This document shows positions 26,655-36,247 of a stretch of 52,252 nucleotides of DNA, one piece after another. The notes beneath the pieces are model-generated. The model was not told where the DNA came from and did not search any database. It saw only the letters and a list, made by a program, of their open reading frames with translations. Source of the DNA: Deltaproteobacteria bacterium (lineage in GTDB: Bacteria > Myxococcota_A > UBA9160 > SMWR01); contig JAQBGU010000121.1 in the NCBI GenBank assembly GCA_032128375.1, positions 1-52,252 on the forward strand. The letters run 5' to 3'. Within the stretch, counting starts at the first letter, position 1, and each line of letters begins with the position of its first letter. The position numbers and the translations under genes are program-made.

Positions 26655-28193
26655 TTGGCTGCGCATCGAGTGTCTGACGATCCAGTGTCGAACCAACAGG
26701 CGTCAGAGCGCGACCGGCCCACCGCCAGACAGACGGCCGAGTTCGTCGCCCCCCCGCTCGAGCATCCCGAGGACACGGAGGGTTCGCCCAGCTTGCCAGC
26801 CGCGTCACTGGCAGCGGGGGCTTCCGTCCAGGTCAGCGCGGTCCCGCATCCCCGTTCGGATGGCTACTTCGAAATATGGAGGCTGTCATGGCCGGTCATG
26901 ATGTCGCAGGTCATGGTCAGCGGCGTCGGCCTGATCGACATCATGATGGTCGGACGGCTGGGCTCGGATGCGATCGCCGCGGTCGGGTACGCATCGCAGT
27001 TCATGTTCCTGTCCATCTCGGTGCTGTTCGCGGTGGGTTTCGCGTGTGTCGCGCTGATGGCGCGCGCGATCGGCGCCGGAGACACGGACCGTGCCCGTGA
27101 CACGCTGGCAGCATCGCTGCAGGTCGCGGTCGTCACATCGCTGGTCGTCAGCGTTGCAGTGCTGATCGCGCCAGCTCCCTTGCTTCGGATGCTCGGTGCG
27201 ACCGACAGTGTAATCGCCGCCGCGCTGCCATTCCTGACGCTCTTGATGGGCTCTTCGGTGCTCCTGGCGGTTTCGATGACGATCGAAAACGCCCTGCGGG
27301 CCGACAAGAACACGACGACTCCCATGCTGATTTCGGCCGTCGTCACCGCAGTGAAGATCGGCGCCAACGCGCTGCTGATTTTCGGAAGCTTCGGCTTCCC
27401 GCGACTCGAATTGGTCGGGGCGGGCATCGCCACCGCAGTTTCGCAGTGCGTGGGTATCGTCCTTTTCCTGTGGGTGGTTGCGCGGGCGTCAGCCGCTTCC
27501 CCCATCTCCGTGCGGCCTCGCCATTTTCGCGCGGCCAGACATCTGCGCGGTGAGGTCGTGCGACTTTCGCTGCCGGGTGTCGGTGAACGCCTGGCGATGA
27601 ACTTCGCACTGCTCGCGTATTTTCGCGTGCTTTCGAGCTATGGCACGGTCCCGATCGCCGCCTATACGGTGGGAATTCGAATCCTGTCGTTTTCGTGGAT
27701 TCCCGGGACCGGCTTCGGAGCAGCCGCAGCGACTTTGGTCGGGCAATCGCTCGGAGCGGGACGGATCGAGGCGGCCACCCGTGCGGGTTGGCGTGCGACT
27801 CGCCTTGCGGTCGGTGTAGCGATCCCATTTGGTGCCCTTTGCATATTGATCCGCGAGCCGCTGGCCGGGCTGTTCACGAACGACCTCGAGGTAATCGCCG
27901 CATTGGAGCCATTCCTACTCTGCCTCGCTCTCGCCCAGCCCTGCTTACAAGCGCACTTCACGCTCGGCGGGGCACACCGCGGTGCCGGCGACACTTTCAC
28001 CCCGTTCGTTGCGGCAGTGCTCGGAAATTGGGCGCTGCGCGTGCCACTGGCGTTCGTGTTCGCGTTCGTACTTCACTTCGATGTCGTTTGGGTCTGGTAC
28101 GCACTGATATTCGACCACCTGATGCGCACCACCTGGCTGGCGCTCTCCTACCGGCGCGGACGCTGGCGAGACAAGCTCGGCGCCTCTCGCTGA
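26655..28193 (+). CDS. MATE family efflux transporter (start uncertain)
   Basis: IDIMMVGRLGSDAIAAVG, LRADKNTTTPM, GAGIAT, LVGQSLGAG, RGAGDT; multiple TM segments. Confidence 0.92.
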   Translation: MAAHRVSDDPVSNQQASERDRPTARQTAEFVAPPLEHPEDTEGSPSLPAASLAAGASVQVSAVPHPRSDGYFEIWRLSWPVMMSQVMVSGVGLIDIMMVGRLGSDAIAAVGYASQFMFLSISVLFAVGFACVALMARAIGAGDTDRARDTLAASLQVAVVTSLVVSVAVLIAPAPLLRMLGATDSVIAAALPFLTLLMGSSVLLAVSMTIENALRADKNTTTPMLISAVVTAVKIGANALLIFGSFGFPRLELVGAGIATAVSQCVGIVLFLWVVARASAASPISVRPRHFRAARHLRGEVVRLSLPGVGERLAMNFALLAYFRVLSSYGTVPIAAYTVGIRILSFSWIPGTGFGAAAATLVGQSLGAGRIEAATRAGWRATRLAVGVAIPFGALCILIREPLAGLFTNDLEVIAALEPFLLCLALAQPCLQAHFTLGGAHRGAGDTFTPFVAAVLGNWALRVPLAFVFAFVLHFDVVWVWYALIFDHLMRTTWLALSYRRGRWRDKLGASR

Positions 28194-30193
28194 ATCGCGC
28201 GGGTCGTGCCATATCCTCCGCCGATCATCAGCGCCTCGGCCGTCTGCAGCATCGCGATCGCATCCTGCTGCTGCTCTCGATGAACCGGTTCGACGGCGAC
28301 CAACCCCCATCTGCCCGTGTCCGGGTCCCGCGCGTAGGCGAGAGGTTCGGGATCGGGTCCGAAAATGACCAGCCTATTCCCCTTCTGCGACCCATAGCGA
28401 CGCTTGCGATACACCACCAACGCAGACCCTTCGTGATCGGGATTCGCGAGCACATCGGTGCCGAAAAACGCGCTGCGGTACGCGCCCCCCAAGATCCCCA
28501 TGATGGTCGGGGCGATGTCCAGTTGGCTGGCCAGACGTTCCACCCGCGCCGGCTCCAAATGGAGCGGCGCGAGAAACAGCGCCGGTACCCGGTAGTCGTC
28601 GATCGGGATCAATGCGCGCCCCCGCAGATGCACGCCGTGGTCGCCGACGAACACGAACAGGGTGTCATCGAAGTACGGCGCATCGCGTGCCATCCGGATG
28701 AACTGTCCGAGCGCGTAGTCGGCGTACAGAAAATTGTTCAGTTCCGGCAAGCTGTAGCCAGTCGGAATCACGGTCTCAGCGGGCAGCACGCGAACTCGAT
28801 CGGATGGGTACTCCCAGGGCGAATGCAAGGACACTGTCAGAATCGCCGCCATGAATGGCCGTCCGTTCGCGTCGAGTTCGCGAAATTCGCGATCCGCGCG
28901 CCGAAACAAGTCTTCGTCCGACACACCCCAGATTCCGCGGAATTCCGGGTCTTCCATGTCGTCTTGTTCGATGAATTCATCGAACCCGTTCCCAATGAAG
29001 AAACCCCGCATCGAATCGAAAATTCCCTGCCCTCCGTAGAAGAAGCGCGTCTTGTAGTCGCGTTGCTCCAGAACACCGGCGAGCGTGGCGAAGCCGTGTC
29101 GCGCCTGCGGTCGCCGAATCACGCTGACTCCGGGCAGCGGCGGAAACGACGACAACACCGCTTCGAGCCCCTGCACGGTGCGTTCACCCGTCGCCCGACA
29201 ATTTTCCAGCAGCACGCCTTGCGCTGCGAGCGCGTCGAATTCGGGAGACAGCGCGGGCGCCCCCCCCAACACACCAACGAGCTGCGCGGTGAAGCTTTCC
29301 ATGATCACCACCACCACGTTGAGCGGCTTTTCCGCATGCGAACCCGGGACGCGACGAACCAGTGGGTTCGCAGAATCGTCGGTAAACGTGCCAGTCGATG
29401 CGAGCTGACCACGGACACGGGCTACGGCCTCGGCCGGGTCGCCGACCGCCACCACGGATTCGACCGACACGTAGTCTCCCTGCCAGCGCCGAACCAGCTC
29501 GTCGAGCACGTTGAGTACCGATGACCCGGCGATTTCATTCGCGACGCGGTTGTGCGTGATCGCGGCGAGGCTCGGATTGATCGGTCTCTGTTGCAGCGTG
29601 CCGCGCGCCACGACGATGACCAGCGCGATCAAGATGAACAACGCGAGCCGATCCAGTCGCGAAGACCGGGAGGATGGAGCGGTCGAACGAGCAAACATAA
29701 AAGTGTCTGGCCCACCGCGGAGCGGCGCCACCCGCGATAGCACCCACACCAGCGCCGGCGCCAGGACGGCGACCCCGCATCCGATCCAACCGATCGGTAC
29801 CGTGGCGGCCGCGGCCCGCAGCACCACCGGGTCGAGTCCGTGTTCGATGATCAGGTAGTTGGGACGGTAATCGTAATATCGGAAGAAGTGGATCCCAGCG
29901 ATTTCGGCGAAAAGGATCAGCGCAAAGATCACAAACACGTAACCGAGCGCAAAGCGCCGGACCTTTCCCTGCCAGCGTTCGGGGACCAACAGCAACGCGC
30001 CGAGCATCGGTAGCGACGCCCAACCGATCGTCACCGCGTCCAACCGCGCACCGACCACAAACAGCTCGAGCCACTGTTCTGGCGCCAGGCCGATCAGGTC
30101 AATCGAACGCTCTGCGCTCAACCACACGCGCACAGCGCATGGAATCGCCATCGCGAGAGCCAGAAAACAACCACTGAACCGAGTGGCGGGCAT
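28148..30193 (-). CDS. LTA synthase family membrane-anchored phosphotransferase (alkaline phosphatase superfamily)
   Basis: N-terminal TM bundle, NVVVVIMESF, ERTVQG (Thr nucleophile), TVSLHSP, GDHG, SQLDIAPT. Confidence 0.88.
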   Translation of the reverse strand: MPATRFSGCFLALAMAIPCAVRVWLSAERSIDLIGLAPEQWLELFVVGARLDAVTIGWASLPMLGALLLVPERWQGKVRRFALGYVFVIFALILFAEIAGIHFFRYYDYRPNYLIIEHGLDPVVLRAAAATVPIGWIGCGVAVLAPALVWVLSRVAPLRGGPDTFMFARSTAPSSRSSRLDRLALFILIALVIVVARGTLQQRPINPSLAAITHNRVANEIAGSSVLNVLDELVRRWQGDYVSVESVVAVGDPAEAVARVRGQLASTGTFTDDSANPLVRRVPGSHAEKPLNVVVVIMESFTAQLVGVLGGAPALSPEFDALAAQGVLLENCRATGERTVQGLEAVLSSFPPLPGVSVIRRPQARHGFATLAGVLEQRDYKTRFFYGGQGIFDSMRGFFIGNGFDEFIEQDDMEDPEFRGIWGVSDEDLFRRADREFRELDANGRPFMAAILTVSLHSPWEYPSDRVRVLPAETVIPTGYSLPELNNFLYADYALGQFIRMARDAPYFDDTLFVFVGDHGVHLRGRALIPIDDYRVPALFLAPLHLEPARVERLASQLDIAPTIMGILGGAYRSAFFGTDVLANPDHEGSALVVYRKRRYGSQKGNRLVIFGPDPEPLAYARDPDTGRWGLVAVEPVHREQQQDAIAMLQTAEALMIGGGYGTTRAIQREAPSLSRQRPRR

Positions 30194-30217
30194 GCACTCA
30201 CTCCCACGCGTGTGGAA

Positions 30218-32473
30218 TCAAGCCCGCACGATCTCGAACGTCAGTCCATCACCATCGCGACCGACCCGAACGTGACCACCCTTGGCCAGATCGCCGAACA
30301 ACACGTCGTCTACGATCTTGTCCTTCAACTCGACTTGGATCAAGCGTCCGAGCGGTCGGGCGCCGAAGTCCCGGTCATAGCCCTTCTCGGCCAGCCAATC
30401 GCGCGCGGCGTCGTCGAGTTCGATGCTGACCTTGCGCTCACGTAGCTGCTCGACCACTTCGGCAACGAACTTATCGACTACGCGGCCCATCACTTCCGCG
30501 GCGAGTGGATCGAAGGTCACGATTTCGTCGAGCCGGTTGCGGAACTCGGGACTGAAGAGCCTTTCGATCTCTTTGTTGCCATCGCCCGCGCGGCCGGCAC
30601 CGAAACCGATGCCCATCGTCGCCATTTCGCGAGCGCCCGCATTGGAGGTCATGATCAGCGTCACGTGACGGAAGTCCGCCTCGCGCCCCTGGCTGTCGGT
30701 CAACGTCGCGTGATCCATCACCTGCAGCAGGATGTCGAACAGGTCCTGATGCGCTTTCTCTATTTCGTCGAGCAGCAGCACCGTGTAGGGGTTCTTGCGA
30801 ATTCGCTCGATCAGCAACCCGCCCTGGTCGTAGCCAACGTAGCCCGGCGGCGCGCCGATCAAGCGCGACACAGCGTGCTTCTCCATGTACTCGCTCATGT
30901 CGAAACGCAGAAACGGAACCCCGAGCGCTTTGGCAAGCTGCTTGGAAAGTTCGGTCTTGCCGACCCCTGTCGGACCCGTGAACAGGAAACTCCCTATCGG
31001 GCGATCGACACCCGAAAGTCCGGCGCGGCCGCGCTTGATCGCCCGGACTACGGTCATCACGGCTTTATCCTGACCGAACACAGCGCTCTTGATCTGGGCT
31101 TCGAGGCTCTCGAGCTTTTCCTTGTCCGAACCGGTCGCGCGCACAGACGGAATGTTCGCCATCCGCGCGATCACTTGTTCAATATCGCGCACGCCGACCG
31201 TCTTGCGTTTCTTGCCAGTCGGGCGCAGGCGCACCGCAGCTCCCGTCTCATCCATCACGTCGATGGCTTTGTCGGGCAAGAACAGGTCGTTCAAGTGACG
31301 ACTGGCGAGATCGACCGCAAGCTTGAGAGACGGCCCGGTGTATCGCACACCGTGGTGTTCCTCGTAGCGCGGTGCGAGTCCTTGAAGGATCCGCACCGCC
31401 TCTTCATGGGTCGGCTCCAGAATGTCGACCTTTTGGAAACGGCGCGAAAGTGCACGGTCGCGCTGAAAATGTCGGTATTCGGCATAGGTCGTCGCCCCCA
31501 TGCAACGCAGCTCACCTTGAGCGAGAAACGGCTTGAGCAGGCTCGACGCGTCGACGGTCGCACCTTGTGCAGACCCGGCTCCCAGGATCATGTGGATCTC
31601 GTCGATGAACAAAATCGGGCAATCGCGCTCGCCGAGAGCCGCGATGAACGCCTTGAAGCGCGCTTCGAAGTCGCCCCGATAGCGGGTGCCGGCCAGCATC
31701 GAGCCGAGGTCGAGTGAGAAAATTTCCGCGACCAGGAGATCTTCGGGAACCCGCCCCTCGTAGATTCGCAGCGCCAACCCTTCAGCCAATGCAGTCTTGC
31801 CGACGCCACTCTCGCCGACGAAGATCGGGTTGTTCTTGCGGCGCCGAGCGAGGATCTGCACCGTCCGCTCGAGTTCGTTCGAGCGCCCGATGAGTGGATC
31901 CAGCTTCCCCTCCGAGGCGAGATCGGACAGGTTCGTCGAAAACGCCGCGATCGGATCCGACGGAACTTCGGCAGCGTCACCGATCCCCGATTCGATACCC
32001 GCCGGGCGCGCCGGCTCTTCGCCATGGGATCCCGAGAATTTCGAGACTCCGTGTGCAATATATTGGAGCAGATCCAACCGCGAGACTCCTTGCGAGCGCA
32101 GCAGGTTGACCGCAAACGAGTCGGGCTCCTGGAACAGCGCCGCCAGCAGATCACCTGAATCGACTTCTTCTTTTTCTGCGCTCTCGCAGTGTGTCACTGC
32201 GTGCTGAAGGACACGATGAAACGCCAGGGTCTGCTGCGCCTGGAAGGGCTCTTCTCCGGGTACGGTCTCGAGGTCTTCGTTGAAAAATTTGTCCAGGGCC
32301 GCTTTGAGCGGGTCCAACCGCGCGCCGGAATGGCGCAGAATCTCGCATCCGCGCTCATCGTGTAGCAGTGCATACAACAGGTGTTCCACAGTCAGATATG
32401 CGTGACGTCGCGTCAGCGATTCGCGGTATGCGGCCTGAAGCAACAACTGGAGTTCGCGCCCGATCTCGCTCAT
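30218..32473 (-). CDS. clpA: ATP-dependent Clp protease ATP-binding subunit ClpA
   Basis: HAYLTVEHLL, RRRKNNP, GESGVGKT, GPTGVGKTE, LLDEIEKAH; no ClpB middle domain; downstream of clpS. Confidence 0.96.
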   Translation of the reverse strand: MSEIGRELQLLLQAAYRESLTRRHAYLTVEHLLYALLHDERGCEILRHSGARLDPLKAALDKFFNEDLETVPGEEPFQAQQTLAFHRVLQHAVTHCESAEKEEVDSGDLLAALFQEPDSFAVNLLRSQGVSRLDLLQYIAHGVSKFSGSHGEEPARPAGIESGIGDAAEVPSDPIAAFSTNLSDLASEGKLDPLIGRSNELERTVQILARRRKNNPIFVGESGVGKTALAEGLALRIYEGRVPEDLLVAEIFSLDLGSMLAGTRYRGDFEARFKAFIAALGERDCPILFIDEIHMILGAGSAQGATVDASSLLKPFLAQGELRCMGATTYAEYRHFQRDRALSRRFQKVDILEPTHEEAVRILQGLAPRYEEHHGVRYTGPSLKLAVDLASRHLNDLFLPDKAIDVMDETGAAVRLRPTGKKRKTVGVRDIEQVIARMANIPSVRATGSDKEKLESLEAQIKSAVFGQDKAVMTVVRAIKRGRAGLSGVDRPIGSFLFTGPTGVGKTELSKQLAKALGVPFLRFDMSEYMEKHAVSRLIGAPPGYVGYDQGGLLIERIRKNPYTVLLLDEIEKAHQDLFDILLQVMDHATLTDSQGREADFRHVTLIMTSNAGAREMATMGIGFGAGRAGDGNKEIERLFSPEFRNRLDEIVTFDPLAAEVMGRVVDKFVAEVVEQLRERKVSIELDDAARDWLAEKGYDRDFGARPLGRLIQVELKDKIVDDVLFGDLAKGGHVRVGRDGDGLTFEIVRA

Positions 32474-32540
32474 TCGACCTCTTCCACCCTTTTCATTGCC
32501 GTAGTGTAGGCCCTTGTTGCTGGCTCTCTTGATTCCCCGG

Positions 32541-32918
32541 TCATTCCTTTTCTACCCCGGCTCGCAGCGGGAAGCCGCGTCGCCCGGCCTCGGTGTGAAC
32601 CGCGGCGACCTTGGTTTCCGCGACCTCCAAGACGAATACGCCCGCGACGCCCAAACCGGTCTTGTGAATCTGGAGCATGATTTGGGTGGCCGCCGAGGGC
32701 CCCTTGCCAAAGGTCTTCTCCAATATCTCCACCACGAACTCCATGGGCGTATAGTCGTCGTTGTACAACAGAACCTTGAACCGATCCGGGCGCACCACCT
32801 TGCGACGCGTTTGGGTGGCGACGCCGCTCTCTCGCTGGGGATCCCCTCGATCGGGCGTGCTTGGATTCGCTGGCTGCTTGGGGCCAGCGGGGTCGTTCGC
32901 CATCACCTGCTCTGTCAT
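32541..32918 (-). CDS. clpS: Clp protease adaptor ClpS
   Basis: FKVLLYNDDYTPMEFVV, IMLQIH..G.G.AG, AETK, FPL. Confidence 0.95.
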   Translation of the reverse strand: MTEQVMANDPAGPKQPANPSTPDRGDPQRESGVATQTRRKVVRPDRFKVLLYNDDYTPMEFVVEILEKTFGKGPSAATQIMLQIHKTGLGVAGVFVLEVAETKVAAVHTEAGRRGFPLRAGVEKE

Positions 32919-33181
32919 CCCCAAGACAATAGCAACCCACGCGGTCGACTTCCGAACCTGTGGTCGGGGCCGATCGCAACGCGGAACGAGGGCTCCGTGG
33001 CGGACTTTGGCGGACAGCCAGCGGCCCGCTGAGGCCCCCTGCCCGAGCCAGGTGCGGCCAGATCAACGCTCGAGAAGGCCGTCACAGCGCGCGTTCCGGG
33101 GAGAATTCGCAACGCAGATCTCCGCTTTTCGAGCCCTGCCTGACGAGCGAAGGGCTTTCCCCGGACTGCTAGCATTCCCCC

Positions 33182-34378
33182 GTGCAGACTGTGGAACTGG
33201 CTGATGGCGTCGCTGAGTTGCCCCGCGACGAGTGGAACGCGCTGGTCGGCGACGCATCGCCCTTCCTCGAGTGGGACTGGCTGGCGTCACTGGAGCACGC
33301 GGGTACGCTTGGAACCCATACGGGCTGGCACCCCAAACCGCTGGTGATACGGGACGAAAACCGCCTGGTCGCCGCATGTCCGCTGTACCTGAAGGGCAAC
33401 AGCGCGGGCGAGTTCGTATTCGACCACGCCTGGGCGGACGCTGCAGCGCGCGCGGGTGTCCCCTACTACCCGAAACTTCTGGTCGGCGTGCCGTTCACCC
33501 CGGTAACAGGCGCACGCTTCCTGCTCGCGCCGGGCGTGGACCGCCAAGATACGATTCGCCTGCTCGGCGCGGCACTCCGCCAGATCTGTCGAGACAACCA
33601 GATGTCGAGCGTTCACATCAACTTCTGCACGGCCGAAGAAGTCGACTCGCTGGCCTCCCCCATCGATTCCGCCGAGGCACCCGATACAAACGACTACCAA
33701 CTCCGCGTGGGCTTTCAGTATCACTGGCGGAACCAGGGCTTCGATAGCTTCGACGACTATCTGGCGCAATTTCGCAGCAAGCGCCGCAACCAGATCAAAC
33801 GCGAACGGCGCGAGATGGAAAAACAGGGAGTCGAAATCCAGGCATTGGTTGGAGACGAAATCACCGACGACCTGTTCGACTCCCTCTATCAGTGTTACAT
33901 CTCGACGATCGAAAGCCGTTACTGGGGCCGTCAATATCTGAACCGGGAGTTCTTCGCCCTGCTGTGCGAGCGCTTTCGGAATCGGCTCTGCTTCATCGTC
34001 GCGCGGCAAAACGGCGAGGTCATTGCGGGCACGACCAATGTCGTCAAAGCCGGTGTTCTGTACGGACGCTATTGGGGCGCACTATCGCCTGTGCGTCACT
34101 TGCACTTCAATGTCTGCTACTACGCGGCGATCGAGCATTGCATCCAAGCGGGCCTCGAGCGGTTCGAACCAGGTGCCGGCGGCGACTACAAATACCTGCG
34201 TGGCTTCGACGCGCAACCGACTCATAGCCTGCACTACATCGCCGAACCAGGCTTCGCCAAGGCCGTCGCACATTTCTTGGCCGCAGAACGCGAGGACGCT
34301 CGCGAGTGGATCGACCATCTACAACAGAACAGTGTTCTCAAGCACAACGCCCAGTCGAACCCAGCCGACGACACCTGA
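33182..34378 (+). CDS. FemAB-like GNAT family protein (DUF482 type)
   Basis: PFLEWDWL..LE, PLYLK.NS.GEFVFDH.WA, YYPKL..VPFTPVTG, LYGRYWG, LHFNVCYY, FEPGAGG.YK..RGF. Confidence 0.9.
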   Translation: MQTVELADGVAELPRDEWNALVGDASPFLEWDWLASLEHAGTLGTHTGWHPKPLVIRDENRLVAACPLYLKGNSAGEFVFDHAWADAAARAGVPYYPKLLVGVPFTPVTGARFLLAPGVDRQDTIRLLGAALRQICRDNQMSSVHINFCTAEEVDSLASPIDSAEAPDTNDYQLRVGFQYHWRNQGFDSFDDYLAQFRSKRRNQIKRERREMEKQGVEIQALVGDEITDDLFDSLYQCYISTIESRYWGRQYLNREFFALLCERFRNRLCFIVARQNGEVIAGTTNVVKAGVLYGRYWGALSPVRHLHFNVCYYAAIEHCIQAGLERFEPGAGGDYKYLRGFDAQPTHSLHYIAEPGFAKAVAHFLAAEREDAREWIDHLQQNSVLKHNAQSNPADDT

Positions 34379-34662
34379 CCGTAGGCGATCGTGCAGGCCC
34401 GACAGCTCGTCGTCGTCGCTGTCGAAAAAGTGCCTTGGTGCACAACTTCGTCCCATGCGAATGACCCTTCTTGGGTCACTCGGATGACAGGCCCGAGGTG
34501 CACCCCAGACTTGATAGAAACCCGCATTTTGTGCTTGTCAGCGTCGGCTCTCGGATCATACTATGGGGGCCGCGTTCACTTCGCTGCCCCCGTGGCTCGC
34601 TAGTGATCTTCGTACTGCAGGCTGGCGGGGCCTGTGAATCAACGAGCGCAGGAGGGATCACC

Positions 34663-36243
34663 ATGATTCTACAGCTCTCGCTCCGCTCCGGCTGGGCACG
34701 CACACTGACCCTCGGGCTCGTCGTCACAGCGATCGCGCTATTGGGCCCCGTCTGCTCCTCACCAACCTTTCGGGCCGGAGTGTGCGTTCGCGACATCACG
34801 CCGATCAGCCCGAGTCTCACCGGTGCCTATACCGCCGCATTCGGCGGGCCGGCGGTCGTGAATCACACTGACCCCATCTTCATGGCCGGCTTTGGAGACA
34901 ACCGGGCGGCGACAGGTTACCACGATCAGTTGTGGGCCCGGGCCGTCGTCGTCGACGGCGCCGGTGGACGCGTCGCGATCGTCTCGCTCGACGTGGTCGG
35001 TTACTTGAACGGAGAGGTCGAAACGATCCGTTCGATGATCTCTCCCGACTCCGGCATCGACTACGCGGTCGTTCACAGCACCCACCAGCACGAGGGCCCC
35101 GACACGATCGGGATCTGGGGGCCAGACGCGACCACCACCGGGATCGACTTCGGCTATCTCGACTTCGTGAACGCGACGGTGGCGGACTGCATCGATGAGG
35201 CCGCCGCAAACCTGGAGCCTGCGCGGGTCCAGTTCGCGACGACGGATTCCTCGGGGCTGAGCCTGGGCCTCGATGTCGAAGATGACGGTTTCGGTGTCTC
35301 CGACGGCAAGGTGCTCGTCGACGATGATCTGATCGCTCCCGCGACCGATGGGCGCATCGTAGATTCGCGACTCGCCATCATGCAGATCACCGAGCGCGCA
35401 CCGCCGCGCCAGACGCTCGCGACGCTGGTGAACTTTGCCAGCCACCCCGAAAGTCTCGGCAGCAACAACACCCTCATCACCGCAGACTTCCCGAACTTCG
35501 CCCGCGAGCGCATCGAGGCAGCGACCGGGGGCACAGCGATCTGGGTGAGCGGCGACCTCGGCGTTCTGCAGGGGCCGCTCGACCTCGACGTGCTTGACCC
35601 GGTCACCAACCAGCCGGCGGTTCGCCGCAGCTTCCGTTGGGCGGAGGTCCACGGTGAACAGCTCGCCGATCGGGTTCTCGACGCGATCTCGAGCAAGCCG
35701 GGCAGCCCCGTTGCGTACATCGGGCTGGCCTCGGCGAAGCCGGTTCCGGTTCGGCTCGACAACCCGTACTTCCGCTTCTTCATCGCAATCGGCGTCATCA
35801 ACGCGCGGCTGAGTCTGTACACGAACGGGGTGCCCGATCCCAGCGTGGGATTCCCGTTCCCGCCGCCCTTCGAAGTCATTCCCCAGGCGCTCGGCGAAGA
35901 CGTGCACACCGAGGTGGGGGCCTTCACGATCAACGAAGCGAGCTTCGCAGTGGTTCCGTCGGAGCTCGATCCACAGATCGGCGAGACCTACCGGGCGGCG
36001 ATGACCGGTGCGGAGCACACCTTCATCATCGGCCTCGGCAACGACGAGATCGGCTATCAGATGCCCGCGGCGAAGTGGGATGACAGCTGCCACGCCTGCG
36101 CGCCGTTCATCCTGGCGGGTCTGCCCCAGTTCTGCCCGATCCAACCGATCGATTGCAACACGGTCTTCCAGAACAACGTCGGGGCGGACATGGACCCGGC
36201 CATCTCGGGGGCGATGTTCCCGCTACTGGCCGAGTTGCACTGA
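34663..36243 (+). CDS. Secreted neutral/alkaline ceramidase-like metallohydrolase
   Basis: GGAGG RBS; signal peptide; MAGFG..R...G.HD.L.ARA, STHQHEGPD, NFASHPE, ITADFP, GLGNDEIGY. Confidence 0.75.
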   Translation: MILQLSLRSGWARTLTLGLVVTAIALLGPVCSSPTFRAGVCVRDITPISPSLTGAYTAAFGGPAVVNHTDPIFMAGFGDNRAATGYHDQLWARAVVVDGAGGRVAIVSLDVVGYLNGEVETIRSMISPDSGIDYAVVHSTHQHEGPDTIGIWGPDATTTGIDFGYLDFVNATVADCIDEAAANLEPARVQFATTDSSGLSLGLDVEDDGFGVSDGKVLVDDDLIAPATDGRIVDSRLAIMQITERAPPRQTLATLVNFASHPESLGSNNTLITADFPNFARERIEAATGGTAIWVSGDLGVLQGPLDLDVLDPVTNQPAVRRSFRWAEVHGEQLADRVLDAISSKPGSPVAYIGLASAKPVPVRLDNPYFRFFIAIGVINARLSLYTNGVPDPSVGFPFPPPFEVIPQALGEDVHTEVGAFTINEASFAVVPSELDPQIGETYRAAMTGAEHTFIIGLGNDEIGYQMPAAKWDDSCHACAPFILAGLPQFCPIQPIDCNTVFQNNVGADMDPAISGAMFPLLAELH

Positions 36244-36247
36244 ATCC

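Noticed and set aside
27695..29524. Long antisense ORFs (also 7532-8749, 34759-36144, 38386-39939)
   Set aside because: Shadow ORFs opposite well-supported genes in GC-rich DNA, with no recognisable motifs
36088..36099. Heme c binding site in the ceramidase-like protein (CHAC)
   Set aside because: The motif is CxxC followed by Ala, not CxxCH
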